From the human T2T-CHM13v2.0 reference genome, Homo sapiens: 64,000 nt of DNA. The notes under the pieces were generated by a model. It did not search any database and was not told the origin of the DNA. It saw only the letters and a program-made list of their open reading frames with translations. The stretch lies in assembly GCF_009914755.1 (NCBI RefSeq), contig NC_060939.1; one strand, given 5' to 3'. Every line of letters begins with the position of its first letter. Position 1 is the first letter of the stretch. The translations under genes and the position numbers were made by a program. Below, piece by piece: positions 13,601-28,657 of this stretch.

Positions 13601-16600
13601 CGTTTCCATTCCATTTGATGCCATTCCATTCAATTCTGTTCTACTCGACTCCAATACATTCAATTCCATTGCATCCGATTCCATTACATTCTTTTCATTT
13701 CTTATCCATTTCAAGCCATTCCACTCCATTCCATTCCACTCGTTTCCTTTCCATTCGAGTCCATTCCTCTCCAGTCCATTCCGTTCAATCCATTCCATTC
13801 CAGTCCATTCCATTCGAGTCCGTTCCATTCCAGTCCATTCCATTCGAGTCAATTCCATCCCATTCGATGTCTTTCCATAACGATCCATTCCATTCTATTC
13901 CTTTCAATTCCATTCCATTCTATTTCATTCCATTCGATTCCCTTCCATTGGACTCCTTTAAATTCGAGTGCATTCCATTCCGTTCCATTTCTTTCCGTTC
14001 TGTACGATTCCTACCGTTCGATTTCATTTTGTTCCAGTCCATTCCTTTCGCGTCCATTCCATTCCATTTCACTCCATTCGATTCCATTCCACTCGATTCC
14101 ACTTCGTTCCATTTCATTGCATTCCATTCTATTCAACTCTATTGCCTTCCATTCCATTCCATTCGATTACATTCCATGCGATTCCATTCGAAATCGAATC
14201 AATTACATTGCAATCCATTACTATTGAGTCCGTTTTATTCCAGTCCACTGCATTCTGGTCCATTCCATTTGATTCCATTCCATTCTATTCCATTCCATAC
14301 AGTTGCATTCCATTGGATTCCATGCTATATCTATAAATTCAATTCGAGACCATTGCTTTTGAGTCCATTCTATATGATTCCATTCCATTCAAGTCCATTA
14401 CATTTGGTTCAATTCCATTCCATTCCATTCCCTTCCATTCCATTCCAGTTGATATCAATCCATTCGATTCCATTCCATTCGAGCACATTCCATTCGAGTC
14501 CATTCCATTCGATGCCATTCCATTTGATTCTATTCCATTAGTCTCCATTCAATTCCATTAATCTCCATTCCATTCCATTCTACTCCAACTGATTCCATTC
14601 CATTCTATTCCTTTCCATTCCATTTCATTCCATTCCATTCCATTTCATTCCATTCCATTCCATTCGTGTCCATTCCACTCCAGTCCATTCCATTCGTGTC
14701 CATTCCATTCCAGTCCATTCCATTTGTGTCCACTGCATTCCATTCCACTCCATTCCATATTATTCCATTACACTCCATTCCATTCTATTACTTTCATTTC
14801 CATTCAATTCCATTCCATTTGATTCCATTCCACTCGGTTTCATTCCATTTGAGTCCACTCCATTCCATTCCATTCCATTCCATTCAGTTCCATTCCATTC
14901 TGTTCCATTCCATTCCGTTCCATTACATTCCATTCCATTCGGTACCATTCCATATTGTTCCATTCGATTCCATTCGAATCCATTCCATTCCAGTCCATTC
15001 CATTCGATTCCATTCCATTCATTTCAATTCCATTCCATTCCATTCCATTCCATTCCACTTGATTCCTCTCCATTCCCTTCCACTGCATTCCGTTCGATTC
15101 CATTCCATTGCATTGCATTCCATTCCATTGGATTGCATTCCATTCGATTCCATTCCATTCGAATCAATTACATAGCAATCCATTACATTCGAGTCTATTC
15201 TCTTCCGTTCCATTCGATTTCGTTCCAATCCATTCGATTCCATTCCATTCGATTCCATTCCATACTATTGCATTCCATTCGATTACATTATATTCGAATA
15301 AGTTCCATTCAAGACCATTTCTTTTGAGTCCATTCTATTTGAGTCCATTCCCTTTGATTCCATAACATTTGAGTCCATTCAATTCCATTCCTTTCGTTTC
15401 CATTCCATTTGATGCCATTCCATTCAATTCTGTTCTACTCGACTCCAATACATTCAATTCCATTCCATCCGATTCCATTACATTCTTTTCATTTCTTATC
15501 CATTTCAAGCCATTCCATTCCATTCCATTCCACTCGTTTCCTTTCCATTCGAGTCCATTCCTCTCCAGTCGATTCCGTTCAATCCATTCCATTCCAGTCC
15601 ATTCCATTCGAGTCCGTTCCATTCCAGTCCATTCCATTCGAGTCAATTACATTCCATTCGATGTCTTTCCATAACGATCCATTCCATTCTATTCCTTTCG
15701 ACTCCATTCCATTCTATTTCATTCCATTCGATTCCCTTCCATTGGACTCCTTTCCATTCGAGTGCATTCCATTCCGTTCCATTTCTTTCCGTTCTGTACG
15801 ATTCCTACCGTTCGATTTCATTTTGTTCCAGTCCATTCCTTTCGCGTCCATTCCATTCCATTTCACTCCATTCGATTCCATTCCTCTCGATTCCACTTCG
15901 TTCCATTTCATTGCATTCCATTCTATTCAACTCTATTGCCTTCCATTCCATTCCATTCGATTACATTCCATGCGATTCCATTCGAAATCGAATCAATTAC
16001 ATTGCAATCCATTACAATTGCGTCCGTTTTATTCCAGTCCACTGCATTCTGGTCCATTCCATTTGATTCCATTCCATTCTATTCCATTCCATACAGTTGC
16101 ATTCCTTTGGATTCCATGCTATATCTATAAATTCAATTCGAGACCATTGCTTTTGAGTCCATACTATATGATTCCATTCCATTCAAGTCCATTGCATTTG
16201 GTTCAATTCCATTCCATTCCATTCCCTTCCATTCCATTCCAGTTGATATCAATCCATTCGATTCCATTCCATTCGAGCACATTCCATTCGAGTCCATTCC
16301 ATTCGATGCCATTCCATTTGATTCTATTCCATTAGTCTCCATTCAATTCCATTAATCTCCATTCCATTCCATTCTACTCCAACTGATTCCATTCCATTCC
16401 ATTCCTTTCCATTCCATTTCATTCCATTCTATTCCATTTCATTCCATTCCATTCCATTCGCTTCCATTCCATTCGTGTCCATTCCACTCCAGTCCATTCC
16501 ATTCGTGTCCATTCCATTCCAGTCCATTCCATTTGTGTCCACTGCATTCCATTCCACTCCATTCCATATTATTCCATTACACTCCCTTCCATTCTATTAC

Positions 16601-19600
16601 TTTCATTTCCATTCAATTCCATTCCATTTGATTCCATTCCACTCGGTTTCATTCCATTTGAGTCCACTCCATTCCATTCCATTCCATTCCATTCAGTTCC
16701 ATTCCATTCTGTTCCATTCCATTCCGTTCCATTGCATTCCATTCCATTCGGTACCATTCCATATTGTTCCATTTGACTCCATTCGAATCCATTCTATTCC
16801 AGTCCATTCCATTCGATTCCATTCCATTCCTTTCAATTCCATTCCATTCCATTCCATTCCACTTGATTCCACTCCATTCCCTTCCACTGCATTCCATTCG
16901 ATTCCATTCCATTGCATTGCATTCCATTCCATTGGACTGCATTCCATTCGATTCCATTCCATTCGAATCAATTACATAGCAATCCATTACATTCGAGTCT
17001 ATTCTATTCCGTTCCATTCGATTTCGTTCCAATCCATTCGATTCCATTCCGTTCGATTCCATTCCATACTATTGCATTCCATTCGATTACATTATATTCG
17101 AATAAGTTCCATTCATGACCATTTCTTTTGAGTCCATTCGATTTGAGTCCATTCCCTTTGATTCCATAACATTTGAGTCCATTCAATTCCATTCCTTTCG
17201 TTTCCATTCCATTTGATGCCATTCCATTCAATTCTGTTCTACTCGACTCCAATACATTCAATTCCATTCCATCCGATTCCATTACATTCTTTTCATTTCT
17301 TATCCATTTCAAGTCATTCCACTCCATTCCATTCCACTCGTTTCCTTTCCATTCGAGTCCATTCCTCTCCAGTCCATTCCGTTCAATCCATTCCATTCCA
17401 GTCCATTCCATTCCAGTCCGTTCCATTCCAGACCATTCCATTCGAGTCAATTCCATTCCATTCGATGTCTTTCCATAACGATCCATTCCATTCTATTCCT
17501 TTCGATTCCATTCCATTCTATTTCATTCCATTCGATTCCCTTCCATTGGACTCCTTTCCATTCGAGTGCATTCCATTCCGTTCCATTTCTTTCCGTTCTG
17601 TACGATTCCTACCGTTCGATTTCATTTTGTTCCAGTCCATTCCTTTCGCGTCCATTCCATTCCATTTCACTACATTCGATTCCATTCCACTCGATTGCAC
17701 TTCGTTCCATTTCATTGCATTCCATTCTATTCAACTCTATTGCCTTCCATTCCATTCCATTCGATTACATTCCATGCGATTCCATTCAAATCGAATCAAT
17801 TACATTGCAATCCATTACAATTGAATCCGTTTTATTCCAGTCCACTGCATTCTGGTCCATTCCATTTGATTCCATTCCATTCTATTCCATTCCATACAGT
17901 TGCATTCCATTGGATTCCATGCTATATCTATAAATTCAATTCGAGACCATTGCTTTTGAGTCCATTCTATATGATTCCATTCCATTCAAGTCCATTACAT
18001 TTGGTTCAATTCCATTCCATTCCATTCCCTTCCATTCCATTCCATTTGATATCAATCCATTCGATTCCATTCCATTCGAGCACATTCCATTCGAGTCCAT
18101 TCCATTCGATGCCATTCCATTTGATTCTATTCCATTAGTCTCCATTCAATTCCATTAATCTCCTTTCCATTCCATTCTACTCCAACTGATTCCATTCCAT
18201 TCTATTCCTTTCCATTCCATTTCATTCCATTCCATTCCATTTCATTCCATTCCATTCCATTCGTGTCCATTCCACTCCAGTCCATTCCATTCATGTCCAT
18301 TCCATTCCAGTCCATTCCATTTGTGTCCACTGCATTCCATTCCACTCCATTCCATATTATTCCATTACACTCCATTCCATTCTATTACTTTCATTTCCAT
18401 TCAATTCCATTCCATTTGATTCCATTCCACTCGGTTTCATTCCATTTGAGTCCACTCCATTCCATTCCATTCCATTCCATTCAGTTCCATTCCATTCTGT
18501 TCCATTCCATTCCGTTCCATTACATTCCATTCCATTCGGTACCATTCCATATTGTTCCATTCGATTCCATTCGAATCCATTCCATTCCAGTCCATTCCAT
18601 TCGATTCCATTCCATTCATTTCAATTCCATTCCATTCCATTCCATTACATTCCACTTGATTCCTCTCCATTCCCTTCCACTGCATTCCGTTCGATTCCAT
18701 TCCATTGCATTGCATTCCATTCCATTGGATTGCATTCCATTCGATTCCATTCCATTCGAATCAATTACATAGCAATCCATTACATTCGAGTCTATTCTAT
18801 TCCGTTCCATTCGATTTCGTTCCAATCCATTCGACTCCATTCCATTCGATTCCATTCCATACTATTGCATTCCATTCGATTACATTATATTCGAATAAGT
18901 TCCATTCAAGACCATTTCTTTTGAGTCCATTCTATTTGAGTCCATTCCCTTTGATTCCATAATATTTGAGTCCATTCAATTCCATTCCTTTCGTTTCCAT
19001 TCCATTTGATGCCATTCCATTCAATTCTGTTCTACTCGACTCCAATACATTCAATTCCATTCCATCCGATTCCATTACATTCTTTTCATTTCTTATCCAT
19101 TTCAAGCCATTCCACTCCATTCCATTCCACTCGTTTCCTTTCCATTCGCGTCCATTCCTCTCCAGTCCATTCCGTTCAATCCATTCCATTCCAGTCCATT
19201 CCATTCGAGTCCGTTCCATTCCAGTCCATTCCATTCGAGTCAATTCCATCCCATTCGATGTCTTTCCATAACGATCCATTCCATTCTATTCCTTTCGATT
19301 CCATTCCATTCTATTTCATTCCATTCGATTCCCTTCCATTGGACTCCTTTCCATTCGAGTGCATTCCATTCCGTTCCATTTCTTTCCGTTCTGTACGATT
19401 CCTACCGTTCGATTTCATTTTGTTCCAGTCCATTCCTTTCGCGTCCATTCCATTCCATTTCACTCCATTCGATTCCATTCCACTCGATTCCACTTCGTTC
19501 CATTTCATTGCATTCCATTCTATTCAACTCTATTGCCTTCCATTCCATTCCATTCGATTACATTCCATGCGATTCCATTCGAAATCGAATCAATTACATT

Positions 19601-22600
19601 GCAATCCATTACTATTGAGTCCGTTTTATTCCAGTCCACTGCATTCTGGTCCATTCCATTTGATTCCATTCCATTCTATTCCATTCCATACAGTTGCATT
19701 CCATTGGATTCCATGCTATATCTATAAATTCAATTCGAGACCATTGCTTTTGAGTCCATTCTATATGATTCCATTCCATTCAAGTCCATTACATTTGGTT
19801 CAATTCCATTCCATTCCATTCCCTTCCATTCCATTCCATTTGATATCAATCCATTCGATTCCATTCCATTCGAGCACATTCCATTCGAGTCCATTCCATT
19901 CGATGCCATTCCATTTGATTCTATTCCATTAGTCTCCATTCAATTCCATTAATCTCCATTCCATTCCATTCTACTCCAACTGATTCCATTTCTTTCTATT
20001 CCTTTCCATTCCATTTCATTCCATTCCATTCCATTCGTGTCCATTCCACTCCAGTCCATTCCATTCGTGTCCATTCCATTCCAGTCCATTCCATTTGTGT
20101 CCACTGCATTCCATTCCACTCCATTCCATATTATTCCATTACACTCCATTCCATTCTATTACTTTCATTTCCATTCAATTCCATTCCATTTGATTCCATT
20201 CCACTCGGTTTCATTCCATTTGAGTCCACTCCATTCCATTCCATTCCATTCCATTCAGTTCCATTCCATTCTGTTCCATTCCATTCCGTTCCATTACATT
20301 CCATTCCATTCGGTACCATTCCATATTGTTCCATTCGATTCCATTCGAATCCATTCCATTCCAGTCCATTCCATTCGATTCCATTCCATTCATTTCAATT
20401 CCATTCCATTCCATTCCATTCCATTCCACTTGATTCCTCTCCATTCCCTTCCACTGCATTCCGTTCGATTCCATTCCATTGCATTGCATTCCATTCCATT
20501 GGATTGCATTCCATTCGATTCCATTCCATTCGAATCAATTACATAGCAATCCATTACATTCGAGTCTATTCTCTTCCGTTCCATTCGATTTCGTTCCAAT
20601 CCATTCGATTCCATTCCATTCGATTCCATTCCATACTATTGCATTCCATTCGATTACATTATATTCGAATAAGTTCCATTCAAGACCATTTCTTTTGAGT
20701 CCATTCTATTTGAGTCCATTCCCTTTGATTCCATAACATTTGAGTCCATTCAATTCCATTCCTTTCGTTTCCATTCCATTTGATGCCATTCCATTCAATT
20801 CTGTTCTACTCGACTCCAATACATTCAATTCCATTCCATCCGATTCCATTACATTCTTTTCATTTCTTATCCATTTCAAGCCATTCCACTCCATTCCATT
20901 CCACTCGTTTCCTTTCCATTCGAGTCCATTCCTCTCCAGTCCATTCCGTTCAATCCATTCCATTCCAGTCCATTCCATTCGAGTCCGTTCCATTCCAGTC
21001 CATTCCATTCGAGTCAATTCCATCCCATTCGATGTCTTTCCATAACGATCCATTCCATTCTATTCCTTTCAATTCCATTCCATTCTATTTCATTCCATTC
21101 GATTCCCTTCCATTGGACTCCTTTAAATTCGAGTGCATTCCATTCCGTTCCATTTCTTTCCGTTCTGTACGATTCCTACCGTTCGATTTCATTTTGTTCC
21201 AGTCCATTCCTTTCGCGTCCATTCCATTCCATTTCACTCCATTCGATTCCATTCCACTCGATTCCACTTCGTTCCATTTCATTGCATTCCATTCTATTCA
21301 ACTCTATTGCCTTCCATTCCATTCCATTCGATTACATTCCATGCGATTCCATTCGAAATCGAATCAATTACATTGCAATCCATTACTATTGAGTCCGTTT
21401 TATTCCAGTCCACTGCATTCTGGTCCATTCCATTTGATTCCATTCCATTCTATTCCATTCCATACAGTTGCATTCCATTGGATTCCATGCTATATCTATA
21501 AATTCAATTCGAGACCATTGCTTTTGAGTCCATTCTATATGATTCCATTCCATTCAAGTCCATTACATTTGGTTCAATTCCATTCCATTCCATTCCCTTC
21601 CATTCCATTCCAGTTGATATCAATCCATTCGATTCCATTCCATTCGAGCACATTCCATTCGAGTCCATTCCATTCGATGCCATTCCATTTGATTCTATTC
21701 CATTAGTCTCCATTCAATTCCATTAATCTCCATTCCATTCCATTCTACTCCAACTGATTCCATTCCATTCTATTCCTTTCCATTCCATTTCATTCCATTC
21801 CATTCCATTTCATTCCATTCCATTCCATTCGTGTCCATTCCACTCCAGTCCATTCCATTCGTGTCCATTCCATTCCAGTCCATTCCATTTGTGTCCACTG
21901 CATTCCATTCCACTCCATTCCATATTATTCCATTACACTCCATTCCATTCTATTACTTTCATTTCCATTCAATTCCATTCCATTTGATTCCATTCCACTC
22001 GGTTTCATTCCATTTGAGTCCACTCCATTCCATTCCATTCCATTCCATTCAGTTCCATTCCATTCTGTTCCATTCCATTCCGTTCCATTACATTCCATTC
22101 CATTCGGTACCATTCCATATTGTTCCATTCGATTCCATTCGAATCCATTCCATTCCAGTCCATTCCATTCGATTCCATTCCATTCATTTCAATTCCATTC
22201 CATTCCATTCCATTCCATTCCACTTGATTCCTCTCCATTCCCTTCCACTGCATTCCGTTCGATTCCATTCCATTGCATTGCATTCCATTCCATTGGATTG
22301 CATTCCATTCGATTCCATTCCATTCGAATCAATTACATAGCAATCCATTACATTCGAGTCTATTCTCTTCCGTTCCATTCGATTTCGTTCCAATCCATTC
22401 GATTCCATTCCATTCGATTCCATTCCATACTATTGCATTCCATTCGATTACATTATATTCGAATAAGTTCCATTCAAGACCATTTCTTTTGAGTCCATTC
22501 TATTTGAGTCCATTCCCTTTGATTCCATAACATTTGAGTCCATTCAATTCCATTCCTTTCGTTTCCATTCCATTTGATGCCATTCCATTCAATTCTGTTC

Positions 22601-25030
22601 TACTCGACTCCAATACATTCAATTCCATTCCATCCGATTCCATTACATTCTTTTCATTTCTTATCCATTTCAAGCCATTCCATTCCATTCCATTCCACTC
22701 GTTTCCTTTCCATTCGAGTCCATTCCTCTCCAGTCCATTCCGTTCAATCCATTCCATTCCAGTCCATTCCATTCGAGTCCGTTCCATTCCAGTCCATTCC
22801 ATTCGAGTCAATTACATTCCATTCGATGTCTTTCCATAACGATCCATTCCATTCTATTCCTTTCGACTCCATTCCATTCTATTTCATTCCATTCGATTCC
22901 CTTCCATTGGACTCCTTTCCATTCGAGTGCATTCCATTCCGTTCCATTTCTTTCCGTTCTGTACGATTCCTACCGTTCGATTTCATTTTGTTCCAGTCCA
23001 TTCCTTTCGCGTCCATTCCATTCCATTTCACTCCATTCGATTCCATTCCTCTCGATTCCACTTCGTTCCATTTCATTGCATTCCATTCTATTCAACTCTA
23101 TTGCCTTCCATTCCATTCCATTCGATTACATTCCATGCGATTCCATTCGAAATCGAATCAATTACATTGCAATCCATTACAATTGCGTCCGTTTTATTCC
23201 AGTCCACTGCATTCTGGTCCATTCCATTTGATTCCATTCCATTCTATTCCATTCCATACAGTTGCATTCCTTTGGATTCCATGCTATATCTATAAATTCA
23301 ATTCGAGACCATTGCTTTTGAGTCCATACTATATGATTCCATTCCATTCAAGTCCATTGCATTTGGTTCAATTCCATTCCATTCCATTCCCTTCCATTCC
23401 ATTCCAGTTGATATCAATCCATTCGATTCCATTCCATTCGAGCACATTCCATTCGAGTCCATTCCATTCGATGCCATTCCATTTGATTCTATTCCATTAG
23501 TCTCCATTCAATTCCATTAATCTCCATTCCATTCCATTCTACTCCAACTGATTCCATTCCATTCCATTCCTTTCCATTCCATTTCATTCCATTCTATTCC
23601 ATTTCATTCCATTCCATTCCATTCGCTTCCATTCCATTCGTGTCCATTCCACTCCAGTCCATTCCATTCGTGTCCATTCCATTCCAGTCCATTCCATTTG
23701 TGTCCACTGCATTCCATTCCACTCCATTCCATATTATTCCATTACACTCCCTTCCATTCTATTACTTTCATTTCCATTCAATTCCATTCCATTTGATTCC
23801 ATTCCACTCGGTTTCATTCCATTTGAGTCCACTCCATTCCATTCCATTCCATTCCATTCAGTTCCATTCCATTCTGTTCCATTCCATTCCGTTCCATTGC
23901 ATTCCATTCCATTCGGTACCATTCCATATTGTTCCATTTGACTCCATTCGAATCCATTCTATTCCAGTCCATTCCATTCGATTCCATTCCATTCCTTTCA
24001 ATTCCATTCCATTCCATTCCATTCCACTTGATTCCACTCCATTCCCTTCCACTGCATTCCATTCGATTCCATTCCATTGCATTGCATTCCATTCCATTGG
24101 ACTGCATTCCATTCGATTCCATTCCATTCGAATCAATTACATAGCAATCCATTACATTCGAGTCTATTCTATTCCGTTCCATTCGATTTCGTTCCAATCC
24201 ATTCGATTCCATTCCGTTCGATTCCATTCCATACTATTGCATTCCATTCGATTACATTATATTCGAATAAGTTCCATTCATGACCATTTCTTTTGAGTCC
24301 ATTCGATTTGAGTCCATTCCCTTTGATTCCATAACATTTGAGTCCATTCAATTCCATTCCTTTCGTTTCCATTCCATTTGATGCCATTCCATTCAATTCT
24401 GTTCTACTCGACTCCAATACATTCAATTCCATTCCATCCGATTCCATTACATTCTTTTCATTTCTTATCCATTTCAAGTCATTCCACTCCATTCCATTCC
24501 ACTCGTTTCCTTTCCATTCGAGTCCATTCCTCTCCAGTCCATTCCGTTCAATCCATTCCATTCCAGTCCATTCCATTCCAGTCCGTTCCATTCCAGACCA
24601 TTCCATTCGAGTCAATTCCATTCCATTCGATGTCTTTCCATAACGATCCATTCCATTCTATTCCTTTCGATTCCATTCCATTCTATTTCATTCCATTCGA
24701 TTCCCTTCCATTGGACTCCTTTCCATTCGAGTGCATTCCATTCCGTTCCATTTCTTTCCGTTCTGTACGATTCCTACCGTTCGATTTCATTTTGTTCCAG
24801 TCCATTCCTTTCGCGTCCATTCCATTCCATTTCACTACATTCGATTCCATTCCACTCGATTGCACTTCGTTCCATTTCATTGCATTCCATTCTATTCAAC
24901 TCTATTGCCTTCCATTCCATTCCATTCGATTACATTCCATGCGATTCCATTCAAATCGAATCAATTACATTGCAATCCATTACAATTGAATCCGTTTTAT
25001 TCCAGTCCACTGCATTCTGGTCCATTCCAT
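10700..25030 (+). repeat. Direct tandem duplication of 4 monomers (7,165 bp x 2); ends approximate
   Basis: Anchors 11098/12872/14666/16475 plus 7165 equal 18263/20037/21831/23640. Shared markers include TCATGTCC, ATAATATTTG, CTTTAAATTC, ATACTATATG and TCATGACC. Confidence 0.93.
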
Positions 25031-28000
25031 TTGATTCCATTCCATTCTATTCCATTCCATACAGTTGCATTCCTTTGGATTCCATGCTATATATATAAAT
25101 TCAATTCGAGACCATTGCTTTTGAGTCCATTCTATATGATTCCATTCCATTCAAGTCCATTACATTTGGTTCAATTCCATTCCATTCCATTCCCTTCCAT
25201 TCCATTCCAGTTGATATCAATCCATTCGATTCCATTCCATTCGAGCACATTCCATTCGAGTCCATTCCATTCGATGCCATTCCATTTGATTCTATTCCAT
25301 TAGTCTCCATTCAATTCCATTAATCTCCATTCCATTCCATTCTACTCCAACTGATTCCATTCCATTCTATTCCTTTCCATTCCATTTCATTCCATTCCAT
25401 TCCATTCGCTTCCATTCCATTCGTGTCCATTCCACTCCAGTCCATTCCATTCGTGTCCATTCTATTCCAGTCCATTCCATTTGTGTCCACTGCATTCCAT
25501 TCCACTCCATTCCATATTATTCCATTACACTCCCTTCCATTCTATTACTTTCATTTCCATTCAATTCCATTCCATTTGATTCCATTCCACTCGGTTTCAT
25601 TCCATTTGAGTCCACTCCATTCCATTCCATTCCATTCCATTCAGTTCCATTCCATTCTGTTCCATTCCATTCCGTTCCATTGCATTCCATTCCATTCGGT
25701 ACCATTCCATATTGTTCCATTCGATTCCATTCGAATCCATTCCATTCCAGTCCATTCCATTCGATTCCATTCCATTCATTTCAATTCCATTCCATTCCAT
25801 TCCATTCCATTCCATTCCACTTGATTCCTCTCCATTCCCTTCCACTGCATTCCGTTCGATTCCATTCCATTGCATTGCATTCCATTCCATTGCATTGCAT
25901 TCCATTCGATTCCATTCCATTCGAATCAATTACATAGCAATCCATTACATTCGAGTCTATTCTCTTCCGTTCCATTCGATTTCGTTCCAATCCATTCGAT
26001 TCCATTCCATTCGATTCCATTCCATACTATTGCATTCCATTCGATTACATTATACTCGAATATGTTCCATTCAAGACCATTTCTTTTGAGTCCATTCTAT
26101 TTGAGTCCATTCCCTTTGATTCCATAACATTTGAGTCCATTCAATTCCATTCCTTTCGTTTCCATTCCATTTGATGCCATTCCATTCAATTCTGTTCTAC
26201 TCGACTCCAATACATTCAATTCCATTCCATCCGATTCCATTACATTCTTTTCATTTCTTATCCATTTCAAGCCATTCCACTCCATTCCATTCCACTCGTT
26301 TCCTTTCCATTCGAGTCCATTCCTCTCCAGTCCATTCCGTTCAATCCATTCCATTCCAGTCCATTCCATTCGAGTCCGTTCCATTCCAGTCCATTCCATT
26401 CGAGTCAATTCCATCCCATTCGATGTCTTTCCATAACGATCCATTCCATTCTATTCCTTTCGATTCCATTCCATTCTATTTCATTCCATTCGATTCCCTT
26501 CCATTGGACTCCTTTCCATTCGAGTGCATTCCATTCCGTTCCATTTCTTTCCGTTCTGTACGATTCCTACCGTTCGATTTCATTTTGTTCCAGTCCATTC
26601 CTTTCGCGTCCATTCCATTCCATTTCACTCCATTCGATTCCATTCCACTCGATTCCACTTCGTTCCATTTCATTGCATTCCATTCTATTCAACTCTATTG
26701 CCTTCCATTCCATTCCATTCGATTACATTCCATGCGATTCCATTCGAAATCGAATCAATTACATTGCAATCCATTACTATTGAGTCCGTTTTATTCCAGT
26801 CCACTGCATTCTGGTCCATTCCATTTGATTCCATTCCATTCTATTCCATTCCATACAGTTGCATTCCATTGGATTCCATGCTATATCTATAAATTCAATT
26901 CGAGACCATTGCTTTTGAGTCCATTCTATATGATTCCATTCCATTCAAGTCCATTACATTTGGTTCAATTCCATTCCATTCCATTCCCTTCCATTCCATT
27001 CCATTTGATATCAATCCATTCGATTCCATTCCATTCGAGCACATTCCATTCCACTCCATTCCATTCGATGCCATTCCATTTGATTCTATTCCATTAGTCT
27101 CCATTCAATTCCATTAATCTCCATTCCATTCCATTCTACTCCAACTGATTCCATTTCATTCTATTCCTTTCCATTCCATTTCATTCCATTCCATTCCATT
27201 CGTGTCCATTCCACTCCAGTCCATTCCATTCGTGTCCATTCCATTCCAGTCCATTCCATTTGTGTCCACTGCATTCCATTCCACTCCATTCCATATTATT
27301 CCATTACACTCCATTCCATTCTATTACTTTCATTTCCATTCAATTCCATTCCATTTGATTCCATTCCACTCGGTTTCATTCCATTTGAGTCCACTCCATT
27401 CCATTCCATTCCATTCCATTCAGTTCCATTCCATTCTGTTCCATTCCATTCCGTTCCATTACATTCCATTCCATTCGGTACCATTCCATATTGTTCCATT
27501 CGATTCCATTCGAATCCATTCCATTCCAGTCCATTCCATTCGATTCCATTCCATTCATTTCAATTCCATTCCATTCCATTCCATTCCATTCCACTTGATC
27601 CCTCTCCATTCCCTTCCACTGCATTCCGTTCGATTCCATTCCATTGCATTGCATTCCATTCCATTGGATTGCATTCCATTCCATTCCATTCCATTCGAAT
27701 CAATTACATAGCAATCCATTACATTCGAGTCTATTCTCTTCCGTTCCATTCGATTTCGTTCCAATCCATTCGATTCCATTCCATTCGATTCCATTCCATA
27801 CTATTGCATTCCATTCGATTAGATTATATTCGAATAAGTTCCATTCAAGACCATTTCTTTTGAGTCCATTCTATTTGAGTCCATTCCCTTTGATTCCATA
27901 ACATTTGAGTCCATTCAATTCCATTCCTTTCGTTTCCATTCCATTTGATGCCATTCCATTCAATTCTGTTCTACTCGACTCCAATACATTCAATTCCATT

Positions 28001-28657
28001 CCATCCGATTCCATTACATTCTTTTCATTTCTTATCCATTTCAAGCCATTCCACTCCATTCCATTCCACTCGTTTCCTTTCCATTTGAGTCCATTCCTCT
28101 CCAGTCCATTCCGTTCAATCCATTCCATTCCAGTCCATTCCATTCGAGTCCGTTCCATTCCAGTCCATTCCATTCGAGTCAATTCCATTCCATTCGATGT
28201 CTTTCCATAACGATCCATTCCATTCTATTCCTTTCGATTCCATTCCATTCTATTTCATTCCATTCGATTCCCTTCCATTGGACTCCTTTCCATTCGAGTG
28301 CATTCCATTCCTTTCCATTTCTTTCCGTTCTGTACGATTCCTACCGTTCGATTTCATTTTGTTCCAGTCCATTCCTTTCGCGTCCATTCCATTCCATTTC
28401 ACTACATTCGATTCCATTCCATTCGATTCCATTCTACTCGATTCCACTTCGTTCCATTTCATTGCATTCCATTCTATTCAACTCTATTGCCTTCCATTCC
28501 ATTCCATTCGATTACATTCCATGCGATTCCATTCGAAATCGAATCAATTACATTGCAATCCATTACTATTGAGTCCGTTTTATTCCAGTCCACTGCTTTC
28601 TGGTCCATTCCATTTGATTCCATTCCATTCTATTCCATTCCATACAGTTGCATTCCA

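Larger units (their letters stand above)
1..26945 (+). repeat. Higher-order repeat block, copy 1 (12-monomer unit expanded by an internal 4-monomer duplication; left end is outside the window)
   Basis: Anchors U1-U10 map onto U17-U26 at a constant offset of 28,657 bp, and U11-U15 map onto U23-U27 at 21,492 bp. Rare variants are shared in the same order: CCACCCCAG (U4/U20), GATTCGTACC (U5/U21), CTTTAAATTC (U8/U12/U24). Confidence 0.9.
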
